Shown here piece after piece: positions 59,948 to 64,000 of a stretch of 64,000 bases of DNA. Under the pieces are notes generated by a model. That model saw nothing but the letters and a program-made list of their open reading frames with translations, did no database searches and was not told the DNA's origin. Each line of letters begins with the position of its first letter. Positions within the stretch are counted from its first letter, which is position 1. Source of the stretch: a virus (taxonomy: Duplodnaviria > Caudoviricetes); IMG/VR virus record IMGVR_UViG_3300009508_000001, positions 37,616 to 101,615 of that record. The stretch is one strand, 5' to 3'. The position numbers were made by a program, and so were the translations under genes.

Positions 59948-59994
59948 TTTGATAACTTGTTCAGATCATCTAGTACATCCTGTTATCAATATTA

Positions 59995-60942
59995 TTAACT
60001 ATTATATTTTAAATGTTTCTTGTAGTTAGTATCTGACATTTCAAATAATCTATCAGTATCTAAATCTTTCATTATATGTTTAATTGTACCTCTATTTGTA
60101 GCTACAGTTTTAACATGTTCTATATTTGTTGTACCGCTTATAGGTGAAGTTAATTTATCTTTACCTTGCAATACTCCTAAGTGTGTCTTAGGTTTCTCCC
60201 AATTAACAAGTACATCATATACTTTCTCTAATTGTCTAACATCTTCATCACAATAATCTAACATTTCTTGCAATGCTTTAGGGCATTTATCTTGAATAAC
60301 TCTATCCCAAAGTTGATAATCTGTTGGTAATTTACCTTCTGCTCCTAAAAACTGAGATATATAATCTAGTTTATTAGAATTAAAGTAGAATTTTTTCTTA
60401 GCTACTTTAAGTGTATCAAATTGAGGATAATCTATAAGCATTGGTAATCTATGAAATAATGCTCTAGTTTTAATCCATTTAAGATCAAATCTATCTCCAT
60501 TATGAGCTACAAGTAAATCTGCTTCATTCATAACTTCAATAAATTGTTCAAGAAGAAATTTATCATCTTGATTTTTATCCCAAGTTAAATTATATACTTG
60601 ATCTTCTCCAGCCCATTTATAACTTACACAAATAATAGCTCTTTCTTTAATTACAGCATAATGAGGAATATTAATTTTAAATCCTGCACGCCATGTACTT
60701 ACTATATTATAAGATGTCTCTATATCGTATATAAGCACTTTTAAAGGTCTATTTTTTATTTCTTCTGGTGAAGATACAGTTAAAGCTTTAAGTTCATTCT
60801 TAACTTCTTTAATTGCAACTGTACATTCACCCTTACTTGCAATATAACCTTGACTAAGTAATATTCTACTTAAACTTCTACCTGATTTTTTTAAATAACC
60901 AGGTTTATTTCTTAAAAAATTCTTAATATCTAATAATTTCAT
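59995..60942 (-). CDS. RNase H-like DEDD 3'-5' exonuclease
   Basis: IYDIET, AHNGDRFD, SNKLDY, YCDEDV. Confidence 0.85.
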   Translation of the reverse strand: MKLLDIKNFLRNKPGYLKKSGRSLSRILLSQGYIASKGECTVAIKEVKNELKALTVSSPEEIKNRPLKVLIYDIETSYNIVSTWRAGFKINIPHYAVIKERAIICVSYKWAGEDQVYNLTWDKNQDDKFLLEQFIEVMNEADLLVAHNGDRFDLKWIKTRALFHRLPMLIDYPQFDTLKVAKKKFYFNSNKLDYISQFLGAEGKLPTDYQLWDRVIQDKCPKALQEMLDYCDEDVRQLEKVYDVLVNWEKPKTHLGVLQGKDKLTSPISGTTNIEHVKTVATNRGTIKHIMKDLDTDRLFEMSDTNYKKHLKYNS

Positions 60943-60967
60943 ATTTTAATTTTAGTTAATAATAATG

Positions 60968-60998
60968 CAAAGGTACAACTTATATATTTAATATACAA
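60968..60998 (-). promoter_or_regulatory. Bacteroidota-type promoter for the exonuclease
   Basis: TTG-N20-TACCTTTG. Confidence 0.7.
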
Positions 60999-61021
60999 GA
61001 CTTTTAACATTTATTTTATAA

Positions 61022-61663
61022 TTAAAATTTATATGCTATACCTACCCAAGCTCTTTTCTCAGTATCAAATGAACCTGAATATATAAACTTTTTAGTATCT
61101 ATAAAAAAATTAGCTTTAGCTACAAAATCTTGCTCTATAACTACAGAACCTTGAGGTGTGTTATAAATATCTTTAACTCCTTGTAAAGGTATTCCAAATT
61201 CACCTCCTAATGCAAATTTAGTTTTATAAGGTATCTTAATATCAGTTTCTATAACTGTATCTATAGCTATTGTACGAGGTTTAGTTTTATAAGATACTTG
61301 TTGCTTATTAAGAGTCCCTGTTACATTAGAATATACTTCTATAGTTTGTATAGAGTCATCAAATTTTTCTTTATACTCTCTTATAGTTAATGCATCTTTT
61401 ACTATTTTATTTTTAACAATAGAATCTTTTAAAGCTAAATATTTATTATAAATACTAGAATCTATTTCAGTTTCTTTAATAACTTTAATAGGTTGAGGTA
61501 GATATATAGTATCAAATTCAGTTTCTACAACTGGTACAGGTACATCTATTTTAACTGGTACTTCCACAGTGATAGTTTCTTTCTCATCACAAGCTTTAAA
61601 ACTTAATAATATTACAGCTATACTTAAAACTATAAGACTTATATTTTTTATTTTATTTACCAT
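61022..61663 (-). CDS. Membrane-anchored lysis-associated protein (spanin candidate)
   Basis: N-terminal hydrophobic signal ending FKAC; C-terminal WVGIAYKF; follows the amidase. Confidence 0.5.
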   Translation of the reverse strand: MVNKIKNISLIVLSIAVILLSFKACDEKETITVEVPVKIDVPVPVVETEFDTIYLPQPIKVIKETEIDSSIYNKYLALKDSIVKNKIVKDALTIREYKEKFDDSIQTIEVYSNVTGTLNKQQVSYKTKPRTIAIDTVIETDIKIPYKTKFALGGEFGIPLQGVKDIYNTPQGSVVIEQDFVAKANFFIDTKKFIYSGSFDTEKRAWVGIAYKF

Positions 61664-62279
61664 TTTCTTTGTTTATAAATTCTATTATTCCAGTATATAT
61701 AAATGATCCAAGATGTGCTTGGAATATAGGATCTTTTAATTTATCAAAGTCTTTTCTGCTATCAAAGAATCCACATTCTAAAAGAACTGCTGGACACTTA
61801 GTTTTTCTAAGTACATAAAAATCTACTTCTTTATCTTTATCAGAATCAGAGAAATCATATCTTAGTTTCATATCATACTGTTTAAAAGTATGTTCCATAT
61901 TATTAGCTAGACTTTCAGCTAAATCATCACTTTTAGTTTTACCTTTAGTTGTGTATAATTCAAAACCTTGACCTCCACCTGCATTATTATGTATAGATAT
62001 AAATATAGTTTCTTTAGGATTAAACTTATTGGCTACTCTAACTCTCCATCCTAATGATAAATCTCTAGGATCTGTTTCAGCTACTGTAGTAACCACATTT
62101 AAATCTAAATGACTTCTAAGACATGTAACTACATGACCACCTATTTGTCTGTTTAAAACACCCTCATAAGCTATCTCACCATTAGGAAATTTAAACATTT
62201 TAGCTGGAGCAGTAGTATAATTACCATTAGCATCTATACCACCATGTCCAAAATCTAATATTACATTTTTAATTTTCAT
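61653..62279 (-). CDS. N-acetylmuramoyl-L-alanine amidase (Amidase_3 endolysin)
   Basis: ILDFGHGG, E, FISIHNNA, PAVLLECGF. Confidence 0.92.
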   Translation of the reverse strand: MKIKNVILDFGHGGIDANGNYTTAPAKMFKFPNGEIAYEGVLNRQIGGHVVTCLRSHLDLNVVTTVAETDPRDLSLGWRVRVANKFNPKETIFISIHNNAGGGQGFELYTTKGKTKSDDLAESLANNMEHTFKQYDMKLRYDFSDSDKDKEVDFYVLRKTKCPAVLLECGFFDSRKDFDKLKDPIFQAHLGSFIYTGIIEFINKENGK

Positions 62280-62700
62280 TTTCGTATTCTTCTAATCTAC
62301 CTTTAAGGTTTATTATTTCATTTACAAATTTCTTAGTCTTAACTTCAAGCTCATAATTTAAATTTCTAGATTCAATTAAAGCTTGTTCTAACTCAGATAT
62401 TATTTGTTTTAATTCTTTTATTATTTGTTCTAATTCTTCTTTTTCTTTATCTGATTTAAATATTCTTTCTTCATATCTTTTTTCTATATCATCTAACATT
62501 CTTTGATATAACTCAAGATTTTTAGATACTATTTCTGACTGATTTGATTCTGTATTTACATCTCTATCTTTTAAATCTTTTTCTTGATAACGTTTTTTAC
62601 TAACAAACCAAATCACCACTCCAGATAAAGAAGGGTAAATTATCATTGCAAAAACATTACTTTCCAATATAGACCAAAGATCTATTATTGCTAATGTCAT
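62269..62700 (-). CDS. Holin-like/TM coiled-coil protein
   Basis: N-terminal TM segment followed by long coiled coil, directly upstream of the endolysin. Confidence 0.5.
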   Translation of the reverse strand: MTLAIIDLWSILESNVFAMIIYPSLSGVVIWFVSKKRYQEKDLKDRDVNTESNQSEIVSKNLELYQRMLDDIEKRYEERIFKSDKEKEELEQIIKELKQIISELEQALIESRNLNYELEVKTKKFVNEIINLKGRLEEYENEN

Positions 62701-62702
62701 AT

Positions 62703-63077
62703 TTATTGGGGATTTTTAAATTCTACGTAAAATATGCTATCTTCTGTTGCATATATCTCATGTATTAACTTTGCACTCATTTCTAATATACCACCTCTTT
62801 TTATTGAAGTATTATTTAAATTACCTTGTAATGCTCCTTTCCATACTATTAATGTTTCAGTACAATCATGGTGGTGAGCTTCCCATTTAGTTCCTCTTTT
62901 CATTATTACTCTAAAACTTAATCCATCATCTCTGTCAGAAATTTTAGTACATAATATTGTTCCATCTTGATTGGGAGAATAATCTATTTCTTTATCAAGT
63001 GGAATCTCTTTTAATTCCACATACTTTATCATTACATTAGGTATTGATTTTAATTTTGTTATTGCGACTGTTTCCAT
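62703..63077 (-). CDS. Cupin-domain protein
   Basis: HHHDCTETLIVWKG ... GG...M...LIHEI cupin motifs. Confidence 0.65.
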   Translation of the reverse strand: METVAITKLKSIPNVMIKYVELKEIPLDKEIDYSPNQDGTILCTKISDRDDGLSFRVIMKRGTKWEAHHHDCTETLIVWKGALQGNLNNTSIKRGGILEMSAKLIHEIYATEDSIFYVEFKNPQ

Positions 63078-63087
63078 TAACTTATTA

Positions 63088-63999
63088 TTATGTAAAACTT
63101 ACTGTTCTCCAAGCGGTTCCATCATAGAACTTTAGTTTGTTAGTATCTGCACTATCAATTATCATCATTCCTACAGTAGGATTAGTAATACTAGCTTCTG
63201 TTACTGGATGTAATTGAACTGCACCGTTTTTATAGATAGTGAATGCATTTGATGAAGTACCATTCGGTATACCATTTCCTACATTAAATATTCTATCTGT
63301 AGCTACCCAAGAATCTGTAGAAGAAGGTGTATAATCTATTCCTTCTATACCGATTGAAAATTCACCAAAAGACCTAGAATTATTATCAAAACCTGATACA
63401 AAAGAGTATCTACCTTGAGCTATGTTATTAGCACCAAAAGCAGCTCCATAACTATTAGTCTGCACTGTGTTACTTCCTCCTGCTATAAATCCAAAATTTG
63501 CGCCAGGTTGTATAGAATTTCCTACACCACCAGCTATAAAAGAATTTTGAGCACTTATATTATTTTGACTTCCTCCTGCTATGAAACTACCATATCCATT
63601 AGCACTTAATGCTATAGTGTTTCTGTATCCAGATACAAAAGAGTTCCTACCCCCCGCTGAATTTTGAGCGTTTACAGCAAAGGAATCTTCTCCAACAGCA
63701 CCTCCGTTAGTAGTAAAAGCTTCACTATTAGAAAAATCAACCGCCCCTAATCCTATATTAGAAAACTTAGTATCATCTCTTCCTATAAGTCTCCACCCAA
63801 TACCGCTACCTTCATCAATAGCTTCTAAACCAGTAGATGCAGTTCCCCCTGAATTAGCATCAAGATATTGTTTAGTGATTAAAGATTGATTTCCTCCAGA
63901 ATCTATTAAAGCATTAGTCAAGGAAGGTGCTGTAATACTTCTATCTGAATTTAGTAGTAGAACATCATCTTGTTGGTTTAAATTAGGTGTAGCACTTTG
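63088..63999 (-). CDS. Tail fibre / YadA-like repeat protein, 5' end truncated by the window
   Basis: Frame stays open to the window edge (QSATPNLNQQ...APSLTNALID); repeated SF[IV]AGG..N/SFVSG..N units; FNVGNG...NAFTIYKNG. Confidence 0.7.
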   Translation of the reverse strand, partial: QSATPNLNQQDDVLLLNSDRSITAPSLTNALIDSGGNQSLITKQYLDANSGGTASTGLEAIDEGSGIGWRLIGRDDTKFSNIGLGAVDFSNSEAFTTNGGAVGEDSFAVNAQNSAGGRNSFVSGYRNTIALSANGYGSFIAGGSQNNISAQNSFIAGGVGNSIQPGANFGFIAGGSNTVQTNSYGAAFGANNIAQGRYSFVSGFDNNSRSFGEFSIGIEGIDYTPSSTDSWVATDRIFNVGNGIPNGTSSNAFTIYKNGAVQLHPVTEASITNPTVGMMIIDSADTNKLKFYDGTAWRTVSFT

Positions 64000-64000
64000 A

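Noticed and set aside
33016-63609. Plus-strand ORFs inside the virion module (33016, 33993, 35221, 41470, 43856, 44650, 45226, 46128, 46294, 54852, 55631, 63415)
   Set aside because: Antisense shadows of long minus-strand genes.
63088-63921. TTG start at 63921 for the fibre gene
   Set aside because: The frame is open to the window edge, so the true start lies outside the window.
1-64000. CRISPR array, tRNA/rRNA genes, reverse transcriptase/DGR, integrase or transposase
   Set aside because: No regularly spaced repeats, cloverleaf signatures or relevant protein motifs were seen; intergenic space is minimal. tRNAscan-SE was not run.

Overview
This is a 64-kb segment of an AT-rich crAss-like (Crassvirales, phi14:2-like) phage, probably infecting Flavobacteriaceae/Bacteroidota. 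The evidence is the TAnnTTTG promoters, the A-rich leaders that mostly lack Shine-Dalgarno sites, and a virion RNA polymerase with DFDID. Plus strand 1-31.9 kb is the replication and nucleotide-metabolism module: PolB, DnaB, ThyA, Sak4-like ATPase, SSB-like protein, primase, a 7-gene phiEco32-type amidoligase cluster, UDG, resolvase, exonuclease, class I RNR, SF2 helicase and MazG-like proteins. Minus strand 32-64 kb is the virion and lysis module: three giant ejected proteins including the RNAP, cargo proteins, muzzle and ring proteins, amidase and a tail fibre. Three self-splicing group I introns interrupt dnaB (3423-5368), thyA (8291-9548) and the Sak4-like ATPase (11033-12097); their splice sites can be reconstructed exactly from internal-guide pairing. 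Most notable: (1) the dnaB and thyA introns carry ORFs with no recognisable homing-endonuclease motif in stem-closed loops, including one ORF running through the ribozyme core; (2) the three giant ejected proteins (about 5,500 aa) contain only four cysteines, all at the head-to-tail junctions, suggesting a covalently chained ejection train. All annotations are by-eye motif recognition; no searches or folding were run.
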